Below are positions 1 through 9,162 of a stretch of DNA of 64,000 nucleotides, piece after piece (position 1 is the stretch's first letter; every line of letters starts with the position of its first letter). A program made the translations under genes and the position numbers. A model generated the notes under the pieces. The model saw only the letters and a program-made list of their open reading frames with translations, searched no databases and was not told the DNA's origin. Source of the stretch: an uncultured virus (IMG/VR IMGVR_UViG_3300033149_004321) (taxonomy: Duplodnaviria > Heunggongvirae > Uroviricota > Caudoviricetes); the IMG/VR virus record IMGVR_UViG_3300033149_004321; one strand, given 5' to 3'.

Positions 1-1
1 T

Positions 2-712
2 TCTCAATATTTTCATTTTCTTGACTCTAAATTTACCACTTGAATTATAAGGAATAGCAACTATATCTTTTGCTGTAAACTCAACTTCAATATAAATTTT
101 CGATAAATCTTTTTCTGTATCTCTCAAACACCAATCAAGTGTAGCAACATTATACCCACTCCCACACGAGTATCTTTCGTCATCATTATAGCCATATGTT
201 TCATACGCTTTTCCTATTTCATATTTGAATTTTCGATAAGGGGATTCAAAAGTATTATCTAAATATTTATAAGCTCGTAGTTTTCCTGGTTGATATTTAA
301 GAATATTTAATGAGGTTCTAAATATTGATGGTATGTTTTTTGCTTTTTCAAGATTTGCTCCATAAAGATTTGCCTTGTAAAGAATTGCTCCTTCAAGATT
401 TGCCTTGTGAAGATTTGCCCCATAAAGATTTACTCCATAAAGATTTGCTCCATAAAGATTTGCCTCTACAAGATTTATTCTTTCAAGATTTGCCTCTTGA
501 AGATTTGCCTCTTTAAGATTCGACTCTTTAAGATTTGCCTCTTTAAGATTTGCCTCTACAAGATTTATTCTTTCAAGATTTGCCTTGTGAAGATATGCTC
601 CCTCAAGATTTGCCTTGTAAAGATTTACCTTGTGAAGATTTACTTTATAAAGAATTGCTTCTGAAAGATTTTTATCTTTTTTATACTTCTCCAAAACTTC
701 TTCTCTGGTCAT
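2..712 (-). CDS. Pentapeptide-repeat protein (3'-partial, runs off window start)
   Basis: Not in the ORF track; manual translation from ATG 712 gives MTREEVLEKYKKDKNLSEAILYKVNLHKVNLYKANLEGAYL... with about 20 A-N-L-x-x repeats, then a globular C-terminal domain. Confidence 0.9.
   Translation of the reverse strand, partial: MTREEVLEKYKKDKNLSEAILYKVNLHKVNLYKANLEGAYLHKANLERINLVEANLKEANLKESNLKEANLQEANLERINLVEANLYGANLYGVNLYGANLHKANLEGAILYKANLYGANLEKAKNIPSIFRTSLNILKYQPGKLRAYKYLDNTFESPYRKFKYEIGKAYETYGYNDDERYSCGSGYNVATLDWCLRDTEKDLSKIYIEVEFTAKDIVAIPYNSSGKFRVKKMKILR
351..660. repeat. 15-bp-period tandem repeat (AAGATTTGC core) encoding the pentapeptide repeats
   Basis: AAGATTT recurs about every 15 nt; reverse complement GCA AAT CTT = A-N-L. 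Confidence 0.9.
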
Positions 713-715
713 AAA

Positions 716-859
716 TTAATCCTCATAATTTTTAGTATAAAAACCGCTGTTTAATGTATTTTGTTCTTGCCCTCTTGATTCCTTAATGGCAAGTATAATT
801 ATCATTATAATTATTGCCAATACAGCAAATATTACAAATATTAACTTATCTCTTTTCAT
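716..859 (-). CDS. Small membrane protein
   Basis: MKRDKLIFVIFAVLAIIIMIIILAI: one hydrophobic helix; start taken at internal ATG. Confidence 0.5.
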   Translation of the reverse strand: MKRDKLIFVIFAVLAIIIMIIILAIKESRGQEQNTLNSGFYTKNYED

Positions 860-1012
860 TTTTTTCCTTTGATTTTTGCCATTCTTTATAAATCTTTGGA
901 TATACCCATTCAATTCTTTTGCAATTAAATTCACCTATGCCAAGAGAGCCACAATCGGGACACCACCACGTACCTGATACTACATATCTCTTATTTTTAT
1001 GTCTGCAATATT

Positions 1013-1537
1013 TCATTTTCTCTTCTCTTTTATTTCATAATAACGTTCTAAAAAATTCTTTTTAGCTTTTTCTGAACACCAAGAATTTATTTTATAGTCA
1101 AAAGTTTTATATTTAGTATATCTATTCTTCATTAATTGCTTTTCTTCAGTCGATAACATTCTTGAATCGACTATTTTTACTTCCTCTGGTAAGGGAAATA
1201 TCAAACCAAACTTTTTAGCTACTACTTCCAATATTCTTTCTTCTTTAAACCACGCAGGAAAACCTAAAAATGAAGTAACTTTTTTTATCGGTCCCGGTAT
1301 ATCTATACCAAAGAATGCCTCCGCTGAATCGTGTAATAAGCCCCACATTTCAAATTTTGATGGACAGAAATAGGAAACGTTTACCGAATGCTGTGCTACC
1401 GAGTAAAATACTTTTGTATGCCCACCAAACCTGCAAATTTGACTTAATGAATGCGCTATATCTTCTATTTCAAAATCATCTTCTTTCAATTCAAAAGGAC
1501 TTACTAATTTTCCATTCAATAGTTGTATTGATGTCAT
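1013..1537 (-). CDS. HD-domain phosphohydrolase (YfbR/5'-deoxynucleotidase-like)
   Basis: DIAHSLSQICRFGGH, YSVAQHS, LLHDSAEA motifs. Confidence 0.85.
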   Translation of the reverse strand: MTSIQLLNGKLVSPFELKEDDFEIEDIAHSLSQICRFGGHTKVFYSVAQHSVNVSYFCPSKFEMWGLLHDSAEAFFGIDIPGPIKKVTSFLGFPAWFKEERILEVVAKKFGLIFPLPEEVKIVDSRMLSTEEKQLMKNRYTKYKTFDYKINSWCSEKAKKNFLERYYEIKEKRK

Positions 1538-1555
1538 TTACTTTTCCTATTCAAT

Positions 1556-1759
1556 TTATATATTTTTCCTTTTTGGTTTTCCATTTCTTGGTCTCACTCT
1601 TTCGATTAAATTTTCAAGTCTATTAAAAAATTCTTCACTTGTGAAATATTTATGAACACCTCTTTTTGATTTGGGTTTGTCCCAATCTACTTTTAATTCC
1701 GCTCGTTTATAATACTTAAAAAATTCCTGAAAATATTTAGTATCAGTTACAAATTTCAT
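1556..1759 (-). CDS. Hypothetical protein
   Basis: ORF in tightly packed minus-strand run. Confidence 0.5.
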   Translation of the reverse strand: MKFVTDTKYFQEFFKYYKRAELKVDWDKPKSKRGVHKYFTSEEFFNRLENLIERVRPRNGKPKRKNI

Positions 1760-1760
1760 T

Positions 1761-2078
1761 TTATTCGATGTTATAATGTTCTTTCAAAATTTCATCCATC
1801 TTTTCATAAATAACATTAGAACTAAAAGGAGAGACACCCTGTTTTGTTTTCTTTTCAAAAACAATCTTTTTTGTTTTTATATTTACAATTTTTGTAATAA
1901 TTACTTTATCAATTCTATATTCCTGACTTTTTCTTATCACATAACAATAGACCCAATAATTTCTTTTTTTATAAACTATTTGAAATTTATAATAACTCCT
2001 TTGTTTTAAAAATTCATATCCTTTTACTGATTCTATGCTCTGAACGGTCTGCGGTTTCCAAACTTTTTCTTTTTGCAT
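1761..2078 (-). CDS. Hypothetical protein
   Basis: ORF in tightly packed minus-strand run. Confidence 0.5.
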   Translation of the reverse strand: MQKEKVWKPQTVQSIESVKGYEFLKQRSYYKFQIVYKKRNYWVYCYVIRKSQEYRIDKVIITKIVNIKTKKIVFEKKTKQGVSPFSSNVIYEKMDEILKEHYNIE

Positions 2079-2111
2079 TTCTTCAATTATGTATGCCCAA
2101 TCTTTTCGACA

Positions 2112-2387
2112 TTATCTTATTTTCAACTGTTTGGATAATATTCTTTGATTTATCATTTTTGTAATTTTCTCCTTCAAAACATCTTTAACATTACCCTCTA
2201 ACATTGGAATTATACCAGAAATATGTATCTGTTGTATTTTAATTTCATATTTATCTTCCTTATTAATACTATTGGGGAAAGCATTTATAGTAAAAAGAAC
2301 TGTATATTTATTACCTTCAAAAATAAATGTGCCATGAAATTCTCTTAACACTGAAAGAATTTTTATTTCTCTTATTCCGTTTTTCAC
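2112..2387 (-). CDS. Hypothetical protein
   Basis: ORF with GTG start in minus-strand run. Confidence 0.5.
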   Translation of the reverse strand: MKNGIREIKILSVLREFHGTFIFEGNKYTVLFTINAFPNSINKEDKYEIKIQQIHISGIIPMLEGNVKDVLKEKITKMINQRILSKQLKIR

Positions 2388-2771
2388 AATTTTTCCTCTT
2401 TTCTTACCTTTTTATTATAATCTTCTGTATTATCGAAAGCCTGTATAATAAATCCTAACTTTTCTTTCCTCTTTTTATGTTTTTCATTTCCATATCTTTT
2501 CATTAAATTTATCTATCATACGACTCTCTCCAACCATCTGCTCCATTGTAAAAACTACACCTTCTTCATCATTTCTAAAATCCAACAAAGAACAACGCAC
2601 TTCTTCTTTCCCTGAATTTACAAGTTTTTTGTTCATGTGCATATCATTTTCAATATGGAAAGCAAGAGACAATCCAAGAGGGTGTAAAATAGTCCTATTT
2701 ATTTCAAATAATAATCCCGTTTCTATCAAAAATTTAGCTGGGTCCTTAACAAACTTTGGCTTCTTATTCAT
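2384..2771 (-). pseudogene. Hypothetical phage protein with 1-nt insertion near 2504
   Basis: GLLFEINRTILHPLGLSL core; removing one A at AAA TTT A ATG extends the frame (KFMKRYGNEKHKKRKEKLGFIIQ...) to TGA 2386-2384, overlapping the next GTG start; length is 3n+1. Confidence 0.55.
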
Positions 2772-2924
2772 TTTATTTTCCAATTTCTATTTGTTCAACT
2801 TTCACTATTTTTTTGCACTCACTACACCTGTATTGCGTTACATTATTTATTTCAATTTCAAATATCCATTCATCACAACCGCATTTGCATTTTAACCAAG
2901 TCAATATTTTTGTAGTCATTATAA

Positions 2925-3290
2925 TTATTTTTTCTTTTTTAAATCTTTTATGGGGTTTTCACTACTAATTTCAAAATATATATCAAATATATTATCTACT
3001 ACTTTCTTATTTAATATTCTTTTTCTTTTTTTCTTATTACTATATTTGCAAAAAAATTCCCTGCAAATAGGTGGTCTATAATTCCATATGCGGCATAGTC
3101 TTTTTCTTGAATCAAAAGCTCTGCATTTGAATAATCCATTTTTCTTTTTTACAAATGTTATTCCATGTGTATATATCCAACCTCCAACTGGAACTTCTTT
3201 TGGGTCTATTTCTCCTTTTATCTTTTTTTCCAATCTAATACCATCACAGCACGTCCGAACACACTCTTTACAATCAATTTTCTTTTTCAT
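2925..3290 (-). CDS. YkgJ-family Cys-cluster (Zn/Fe-chelating) protein
   Basis: CKECVRTCC ... KCRAFD..KRLCRIWNYRPPICREFFC. Confidence 0.75.
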   Translation of the reverse strand: MKKKIDCKECVRTCCDGIRLEKKIKGEIDPKEVPVGGWIYTHGITFVKKKNGLFKCRAFDSRKRLCRIWNYRPPICREFFCKYSNKKKRKRILNKKVVDNIFDIYFEISSENPIKDLKKKK

Positions 3291-3304
3291 GTAATTAATT
3301 ATTT

Positions 3305-3658
3305 TTAAAATATAATATCGTTAGCTTTGCACCAAGCCATAGCAAATTTTTCAGCTGTCTTTTCAAAAGCATATTGAAATTCTCTTCTTTCATATAAAGA
3401 ATGGAACCATTCGTGGCAATAAATTAATGAAAACCCGCCCTCAAAATTAAAAACCCTGCCCCATTTATCTTTAAAAAGAAAAGTGCCGTTTTCAGGAATA
3501 AATATAGTAATAATTTTATTATTAAAATCACATTCTCCCCAAGTATCCTTTACTTCTTTTACCAAAACCACATTACATTTCCATTCTGGTAATAAAGGGG
3601 GTAACTTGCTTTTGATTAATTGTTTTGCTTTTCTTTTGTAATTGGGTTTTCTCGGCAT
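3305..3658 (-). CDS. Putative zinc metallopeptidase-like protein (HExxH)
   Basis: WGEC ... YCHEWFH ... E motif. Confidence 0.5.
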   Translation of the reverse strand: MPRKPNYKRKAKQLIKSKLPPLLPEWKCNVVLVKEVKDTWGECDFNNKIITIFIPENGTFLFKDKWGRVFNFEGGFSLIYCHEWFHSLYERREFQYAFEKTAEKFAMAWCKANDIIF

Positions 3659-3837
3659 CCTAATTCTTTCCTCAAAATATCTCTTTTATATCCAAAAATA
3701 GATAATTTATACAAAGTTTTTCTTGAATGTTTATTTTTACGATTAATTTCTTTATATAACTTATCTGTTATACTATCCACTTTCCAGGTATAATAATTCA
3801 ATAATAATTCTTTCCAAACCTGTTTAATTTTTTTCAA
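3616..3837 (-). CDS. Hypothetical protein whose 5' end lies in the 49-bp repeat
   Basis: TTG start, KKIKQVWKELLLNYYTW... Confidence 0.45.
   Translation of the reverse strand: MKKIKQVWKELLLNYYTWKVDSITDKLYKEINRKNKHSRKTLYKLSIFGYKRDILRKELGCRENPITKEKQNN
3788..3836. repeat. 49-bp perfect direct repeat, copy 1 (copy 2 at 5114-5162)
   Basis: gtataataattcaataataattctttccaaacctgtttaatttttttca is identical at both sites. Confidence 0.95.
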
Positions 3838-5101
3838 TGTTCTTTTCCATTGTATAAGGCGTAAAAATACCCTTCTCATCGGGTTCTAAAATTTTCCTTT
3901 CATCAAGTCTTACATTTATTTCTCTGTTAATGCCATGCTCTGGATGAAAATACCAGATTTTTTGGCTTGGGATAGATGTTACACTTAATTGACTTATTGT
4001 ATATTCTGTTCCACCAACTAAATTTCCGTTTATCAATTTCATATCACCAAGATTGGATTGAATATGAAAATGACCGTAAAGTCCATAATCTATTCTGACG
4101 CCTGTCATGGTTGTTATTTTCCAAAAGTCTCTTTCAACCCCATAATAAGGCGTACCCATCCAAGACCTTACCTGTTCACCATGAGATAAACAAAAATTAT
4201 AATTTCCACATTTGATTAACATTCTTGGGGATTCACTTACATAAGAAACATAATTTTTCTGTTTTGCCATTAATTTTTGAACTATACGATTAAGCATATA
4301 ATCAAAGTTATTTGTTGGTGGCATTTCTCCTGTTCTTTGTGTTAATCTTCCGTGATTCCCTTCAACACAAAACTCCTCTATTAAGGTAAAATGAGGTGCT
4401 AACGTTTGAATGAAATGTCTTTTAATATCCACCAAATCAATTAACTGCTCAACTACTGTTCTGTCAAGAAAATACGCCATTCCTGGACGTAAAGCGAAAC
4501 CTTCTCCCATATCACCAAGATTAAATAAAACTAATTTATCAAGTCCGTGATTCTTTTTATCCTCATATTTGAAATGTATTATTCTTTCTGCTAATAAAGC
4601 TAACCTTTTTCTTGCTATGTCCTGATTAAACGAACCCAACCCCATAGTGGCATCTGGCTTAACTTTCAAGCCATAATGCCAGTCTGAAATCATCCCATGA
4701 AATTCCTGTTGTGTTTTCATTTTCGTTGAAGACCTTACCAAAACAGGAACTTCTCTAAATTTCAAATCCCCTATTAATGAAATGAAATAATTGGCTGTAT
4801 TCTCAACTTGAGCAGATAATTTTCTATACCTTCTTTTCCATTGTTCTAATTCCGATTCAAGTAAATGTTCAGGTGTTCTTTGTCTTTGACTTTGATGGTT
4901 TCTTTCAGATTGGGTATAAATTATTTTTCCTTTTTTTCTTTCCTTTCTTAATTTACCCCTAATATTTTCTTCAGAAATAACACACTTAAATCGTTCCGCT
5001 ACTTTATTGCTTATTTCTGCATAACTAAAAAGTTCATTTCTTAACTCAATACAATATTTCACTATCTCTGGATTGTTTTTCCAATCGAAACGTTTTCTCA
5101 T
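3824..5101 (-). CDS. Calcineurin-like metallophosphoesterase with N-terminal HTH-like region
   Basis: SDWHYG, LGDMGE, EGNHGR, SHGE, GHFH motifs; probable ATG at 5101. Confidence 0.85.
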   Translation of the reverse strand: MRKRFDWKNNPEIVKYCIELRNELFSYAEISNKVAERFKCVISEENIRGKLRKERKKGKIIYTQSERNHQSQRQRTPEHLLESELEQWKRRYRKLSAQVENTANYFISLIGDLKFREVPVLVRSSTKMKTQQEFHGMISDWHYGLKVKPDATMGLGSFNQDIARKRLALLAERIIHFKYEDKKNHGLDKLVLFNLGDMGEGFALRPGMAYFLDRTVVEQLIDLVDIKRHFIQTLAPHFTLIEEFCVEGNHGRLTQRTGEMPPTNNFDYMLNRIVQKLMAKQKNYVSYVSESPRMLIKCGNYNFCLSHGEQVRSWMGTPYYGVERDFWKITTMTGVRIDYGLYGHFHIQSNLGDMKLINGNLVGGTEYTISQLSVTSIPSQKIWYFHPEHGINREINVRLDERKILEPDEKGIFTPYTMEKNIEKN

Positions 5102-5113
5102 TTCATTCTCCAT

Positions 5114-5162
5114 GTATAATAATTCAATAATAATTCTTTCCAAACCTGTTTAATTTTTTTCA
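5114..5162. repeat. 49-bp perfect direct repeat, copy 2
   Basis: Identical to 3788-3836. Confidence 0.95.
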
Positions 5163-5169
5163 TTGTTAT

Positions 5170-6331
5170 AATAATTAAAATAATAGTTGTTTTTTAAAAA
5201 CAAAAGCATTATCTTTACATATATGAAAATAACAATTAAATGCAAACTCAATCCAGACAAGAAACAAATTAAGATATTGAATAAGACTTTGTCTAAATGT
5301 CTTATAGCACTTAATTATGTTTCTAAAATCTCTTGGGATAACAAGTGCTTCAATCGTGTAGCACTTCATCATCTTGTCTATTACAAAATCAAATCTAAAT
5401 TTAAATTGTCTTCTCAAATATGCTGTGCAATTAAAGATAAAGTTGCTTTTTCTTATAAAGCTAATAAAAAGAAACAACATATTTTTAAGAAAGCTATATT
5501 GCCTCTTAATTTTAATCGCACCTTCAGTTTCAAAGATAATGAAATTGTTTCTATTTCTACTATTTCTGGTAGACAAAAAATTCCTTTTATGCTTGGAAAA
5601 TACCAAAAACAAATGTTGTTTAAAGCTATTAAGTTTTGTGATAGTGAACTTATTAAACAAAACAATAAATTTTATCTTAATATTGTCATAGAAATCCCAA
5701 ATGAACCAATGAAAAAAACTAAAAATGTGCTCGGCATAGATTTGGGTATTAAAAATATAGCAACTTGTAGTAATGGTAAAAACTTTTCTGGCAATAAAGT
5801 TCAATCTGTTAGAAATCGTTATCAATCTTTGAGGGGAAGGCTTCAAAGTAAAGGCACTAAATCTGCCAAAAGACATTTGAAAAAAATTTCTGGCAGAGAG
5901 AAACGGTTTCAAAAATATATTAATCATCAAATTTCTAAACAGATTGTAAAATTTGCTGTTCAATCCAACTCGAGTATTGCTCTGGAAGATTTGACCAATA
6001 TTAGAAAGACCACCAAACATAGAAAAAACTATAAAAGAATTTTTCATTGTTGGGCTTTTTTTCAACTTCGCCAATATATTCTTTATAAAGCACAACGAGC
6101 TGGTATTCCTATCATTTTTATTAATCCCGCTTATACCAGCCAAATCTGCTCTTCTTGTGGTAAAAAGGGTATACGTAATGGTCAAAACTTTCATTGTAAT
6201 CATTGTTCCTTTCAAGCAAATGCTGACTTTAATGCCAGTCTAAATATTCAAAGGGCTGCCATCAATCAGCCTATTGTAGGCAGTATTTAATATGACTTAC
6301 AAGCCATCTGCTTTAGCTGATGGTAGTTGAT
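5170..6331 (+). mobile_element. IS200/IS605-family tnpB-only (IS1341-type) element
   Basis: tnpB antisense to neighbours; right-end hairpin ccatc-tgctttagct-gatgg followed by tagttgat; removing 5170-6331 restores ...GGT AGA TAA CA ATG on the minus strand; no tnpA. Confidence 0.8.
5223..6290 (+). CDS. tnpB: RNA-guided endonuclease TnpB
   Basis: GIDLG (RuvC-I), IALEDL (RuvC-II), YTSQICSSC...CNHC zinc finger, NADFNASLNI (RuvC-III). Confidence 0.93.
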   Translation: MKITIKCKLNPDKKQIKILNKTLSKCLIALNYVSKISWDNKCFNRVALHHLVYYKIKSKFKLSSQICCAIKDKVAFSYKANKKKQHIFKKAILPLNFNRTFSFKDNEIVSISTISGRQKIPFMLGKYQKQMLFKAIKFCDSELIKQNNKFYLNIVIEIPNEPMKKTKNVLGIDLGIKNIATCSNGKNFSGNKVQSVRNRYQSLRGRLQSKGTKSAKRHLKKISGREKRFQKYINHQISKQIVKFAVQSNSSIALEDLTNIRKTTKHRKNYKRIFHCWAFFQLRQYILYKAQRAGIPIIFINPAYTSQICSSCGKKGIRNGQNFHCNHCSFQANADFNASLNIQRAAINQPIVGSI

Positions 6332-6585
6332 CTACCTTTCAATTTTTGTCTCAAGTATCTTTTCGGGTCATAATATTTTACTTTTTCACCTTTACCTTTT
6401 ACATAACAACTGAAACAAGAAGTTAATCCTGGATACCTGTAATTACCGCAATCTGAAAAATTTATACAAGGTAAACTTTTTAAAGAACGTTTTTTCTTTA
6501 TTATGTTATCTTCCAGTATAATTTCTGGAAAATCTTTTTGCATATCTTTTCTGATTTTTTCGGGTATTCTTTTTGGTAATTTCAT
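6313..6585 (-). CDS. Hypothetical Cys-motif protein; C-terminus extended by the IS end
   Basis: CINFSDC..CFSC; last residues STTIS are encoded by the IS right end. Confidence 0.55.
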   Translation of the reverse strand: MKLPKRIPEKIRKDMQKDFPEIILEDNIIKKKRSLKSLPCINFSDCGNYRYPGLTSCFSCYVKGKGEKVKYYDPKRYLRQKLKGRSTTIS

Positions 6586-6586
6586 T

Positions 6587-7078
6587 CTAAATTAATCCAC
6601 TAAAAACACCAAAAATAAGAAAAATTAAAGATAATATTAAAAATAACCGCCATAAATAATCATATGTATCGGTTGCTTTTTTTCTCTTTTCTTCTAATCT
6701 AACAAAGGAATAAAAAGTAATGCTTTCTTGTAAAGCTTTACTTTCAAAAAACAAACCTTTTTCATATAAACTGATGAAAACGGAAAATAAAGAAAAGGAA
6801 AAAAATAATATTGACAAATAATTTAAAATAATTATGCTATATATTACTCCTATTGAAGAAAAGAATAATAGACTGATTTGTAAAAATAAAAATTGAAAGA
6901 AGGACTGTTTTCTCAATAAATTAACACTGTTTAAATAATCTTTTGCGTTTATCTTTCGCAATTCCTTTTGCTTTTGTTCTTCTTCTTTAGTTAAAAACCT
7001 TGCTTCCAACTTTTCCTTATCTTCTTCCTTATCTTCTTTATCAGCTAATTCTTGTAAATTGCTAAAAAGTGTTTTCAT
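6587..7078 (-). CDS. Membrane protein (about 3 TM helices)
   Basis: Hydrophobic segments FFQFLFLQISLLFFSSIGVIYSIIIL, YLSILFFSFSLFSVFISL, LFLILSLIFLIFGVFSGLI. Confidence 0.65.
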   Translation of the reverse strand: MKTLFSNLQELADKEDKEEDKEKLEARFLTKEEEQKQKELRKINAKDYLNSVNLLRKQSFFQFLFLQISLLFFSSIGVIYSIIILNYLSILFFSFSLFSVFISLYEKGLFFESKALQESITFYSFVRLEEKRKKATDTYDYLWRLFLILSLIFLIFGVFSGLI

Positions 7079-8118
7079 TATTTCTTCTTTTCCTTTATTA
7101 CTAAAGCTATAAGATGTCTATATTTCTTATCTTTCGTATAAAAATATAAACAGTTCTTTTCTTCAATAAAATAGAACATATCACAAAAATCGAGAATTTG
7201 CAAAAGATGGACGGCGTTTGTGGAAAAGTCTATTTCTTCTTTCAATTTATTACATAGTATCGTTTCTTTTATCTCATCTTTTCTATCTCTGTAAGATAAG
7301 AACAATTTGTTTTCTTTCCCTATTACAGATACTATTGGTTCGTTATCGTAACTGGCAGAAGCAAAAGAGCAAATTCTCTTTAATGATTCCTTTGCTTTTT
7401 TAATATCTTTCAATTCCACACTTACTTTTTTCGTTTCTTTTATATCAAATAGATTTTTCCATTTCGGAAAATCAACACCCACCAAATTACCCATTAATTG
7501 TTTTTCGTTTTCATAATTAAAATACAGAATATTTTTATGCATAATCATTCCAATAGGCAGTTCATTTTCAAGTAAACGGTTCGCTAATTCTTCAGTTATA
7601 AGACAATTGAAGACTTTTTTATCCAGTTTGAAAACACTCACGCGATTCTCGTCCCCGCTTACAAGAAAATTATCATCAAAACTTATACCTTCTAAATCTA
7701 TTCTACCAATACCCTTTTTCACGTTAATAAGACAGAACTTAATTCCTTCTAATAAATCAGATGGGACTTCCTCTGTTTCTTTGAATTCTCTTTTTATATT
7801 TGGAAAAGAATCAATTGAATTCAGAGAAAGCTTTACCTTGCTGCTTTTTGACTTTATCATTAAAACGTTATCTTCCAACAATAAATCAATTTCTTCAGTT
7901 TTCAATCCTTCTACCACCGAACTAAATTTCTTTGCATTTACTATAAAACTTTCTTCAATGCTACAAGGAATGGTTATACCCACACTTTTATTAAAAGCAC
8001 ATAAAGTACCTTTTTCAAATTTAAGATTAGTTAATACCTGGTCAAGTTCGGTTTCAGTGCTTGCCATTCCTTTTACTTGTTTTATGTCGGATAACAATTT
8101 TTCTCTGTTTACTTTCAT
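7078..8118 (-). CDS. DNA sliding clamp (DnaN/beta-clamp-like), copy 1
   Basis: MKVNREKLL start, FIVNAKKF, IDSFPNI, SGDENRVS, VDFPKW, FSTNAVHL; 346 aa. Confidence 0.75.
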   Translation of the reverse strand: MKVNREKLLSDIKQVKGMASTETELDQVLTNLKFEKGTLCAFNKSVGITIPCSIEESFIVNAKKFSSVVEGLKTEEIDLLLEDNVLMIKSKSSKVKLSLNSIDSFPNIKREFKETEEVPSDLLEGIKFCLINVKKGIGRIDLEGISFDDNFLVSGDENRVSVFKLDKKVFNCLITEELANRLLENELPIGMIMHKNILYFNYENEKQLMGNLVGVDFPKWKNLFDIKETKKVSVELKDIKKAKESLKRICSFASASYDNEPIVSVIGKENKLFLSYRDRKDEIKETILCNKLKEEIDFSTNAVHLLQILDFCDMFYFIEEKNCLYFYTKDKKYRHLIALVIKEKKK

Positions 8119-8133
8119 TTTAAAGGTCTCCTA

Positions 8134-8898
8134 TTAATTATTCACTTTTTCAATTTTCATTATTTTATAATCTGGTATTTGTTTATCATGTACAGTTCTA
8201 TAAATTACGTGTAATTTTTCTATCTTGTTATTTTCACAAGGCAAATCATCACCTTCAATAAACACATCAAAATTATTTTCAGAAAGATTCATGGATTTAG
8301 TTTTTTTTATGTCCAATATTTTCAAATTTTTTTCCTTCAACCTTAACATTTTTTCAAAGATAGAAGTGGAAGCCACAAAAACACCTTTTTTTACTTCTTT
8401 CGGTTTTCCTTTTTTAAATGGACGCCAAGCTCGTATAGTATCAGAAGGCAATAAAAATAAATTTTGATGTCTTAAATTGTAATTTGCGGGCAAAGTGTTC
8501 AAATACGACAATACGTCATATACAAGCATTTCCCTTTCTTTTGATTTTACTATTGGATAAACAACTGTTATGTTCTTAAACTCTTTTTTTTCACTCCCCT
8601 TTATCATTCCTTTTAACATTACATAACCTAATACAGCTCTTACTCTTGCTATATATAATGCTCTTTTCCTGTTTTCTCTATCTTTTGGAGAACGTACCGA
8701 TATACCAGCAAACATTCTTGCTCCTATTGGTATTCTTTTTTCCATGATTACCACTCTTGCTCGTCTTTCCCCTCTAATGTAAAAATCAATTATCTTTTCA
8801 TTGTTTAAAGGGTTGCTTTTGTAAATATTCTTTTCTTTGTTTAATTCAAGCTCTTTTGAATTAGTAACTTGCCACATTGTTTCTGTATTCATTTTCAT
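8134..8898 (-). CDS. Hypothetical protein
   Basis: 254-aa ORF; GISVRSPKD...RKRALYIARVRA motif seen in phage proteins. Confidence 0.6.
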   Translation of the reverse strand: MKMNTETMWQVTNSKELELNKEKNIYKSNPLNNEKIIDFYIRGERRARVVIMEKRIPIGARMFAGISVRSPKDRENRKRALYIARVRAVLGYVMLKGMIKGSEKKEFKNITVVYPIVKSKEREMLVYDVLSYLNTLPANYNLRHQNLFLLPSDTIRAWRPFKKGKPKEVKKGVFVASTSIFEKMLRLKEKNLKILDIKKTKSMNLSENNFDVFIEGDDLPCENNKIEKLHVIYRTVHDKQIPDYKIMKIEKVNN

Positions 8899-8920
8899 TA
8901 TTCCTTCATAAAAATAGTAA

Positions 8921-9142
8921 TTATTTATTTACTGTTTCTATTTTTTCATTACAAAAAGGACAAAAACTTATTTCCTTGCTATAAACAGGAAAACCAGTCC
9001 CTCTATGTATAAAAAACTTAATCTTGCCATTATCATTTTCTATGTAATGCCACTTATTATACAATTCTTTCAATTCAGCACAACACCATTCAAGATCATA
9101 ATCAAACATTTCTCTTATTTTTCTTATTTTTATTACTTTCAT
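8921..9142 (-). CDS. Small Cys-motif protein
   Basis: WCC...ISFCPFCNEKI. Confidence 0.6.
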   Translation of the reverse strand: MKVIKIRKIREMFDYDLEWCCAELKELYNKWHYIENDNGKIKFFIHRGTGFPVYSKEISFCPFCNEKIETVNK

Positions 9143-9162
9143 AATAATACCTCCATAACTAA

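Noticed and set aside
351..660. Regular short repeats as a CRISPR array; plus-strand ORFs 325-516 and 407-664
   Set aside because: 15-bp period without unique spacers; explained by a minus-strand pentapeptide-repeat gene, so the plus ORFs are shadows
1013..1537. HD hydrolase as DatZ of a Z-base (2-aminoadenine) system
   Set aside because: No PurZ or MazZ seen in the window; this HD family is widespread in phages
3788..5162. Repeat pair as a diversity-generating retroelement TR/VR
   Set aside because: Copies are identical over 49 bp, short, and no reverse transcriptase is in the window
5175..6215. 346-aa ORF antisense to tnpB
   Set aside because: No motifs; lies wholly opposite a well-supported gene; long antisense frames are common opposite tnpB
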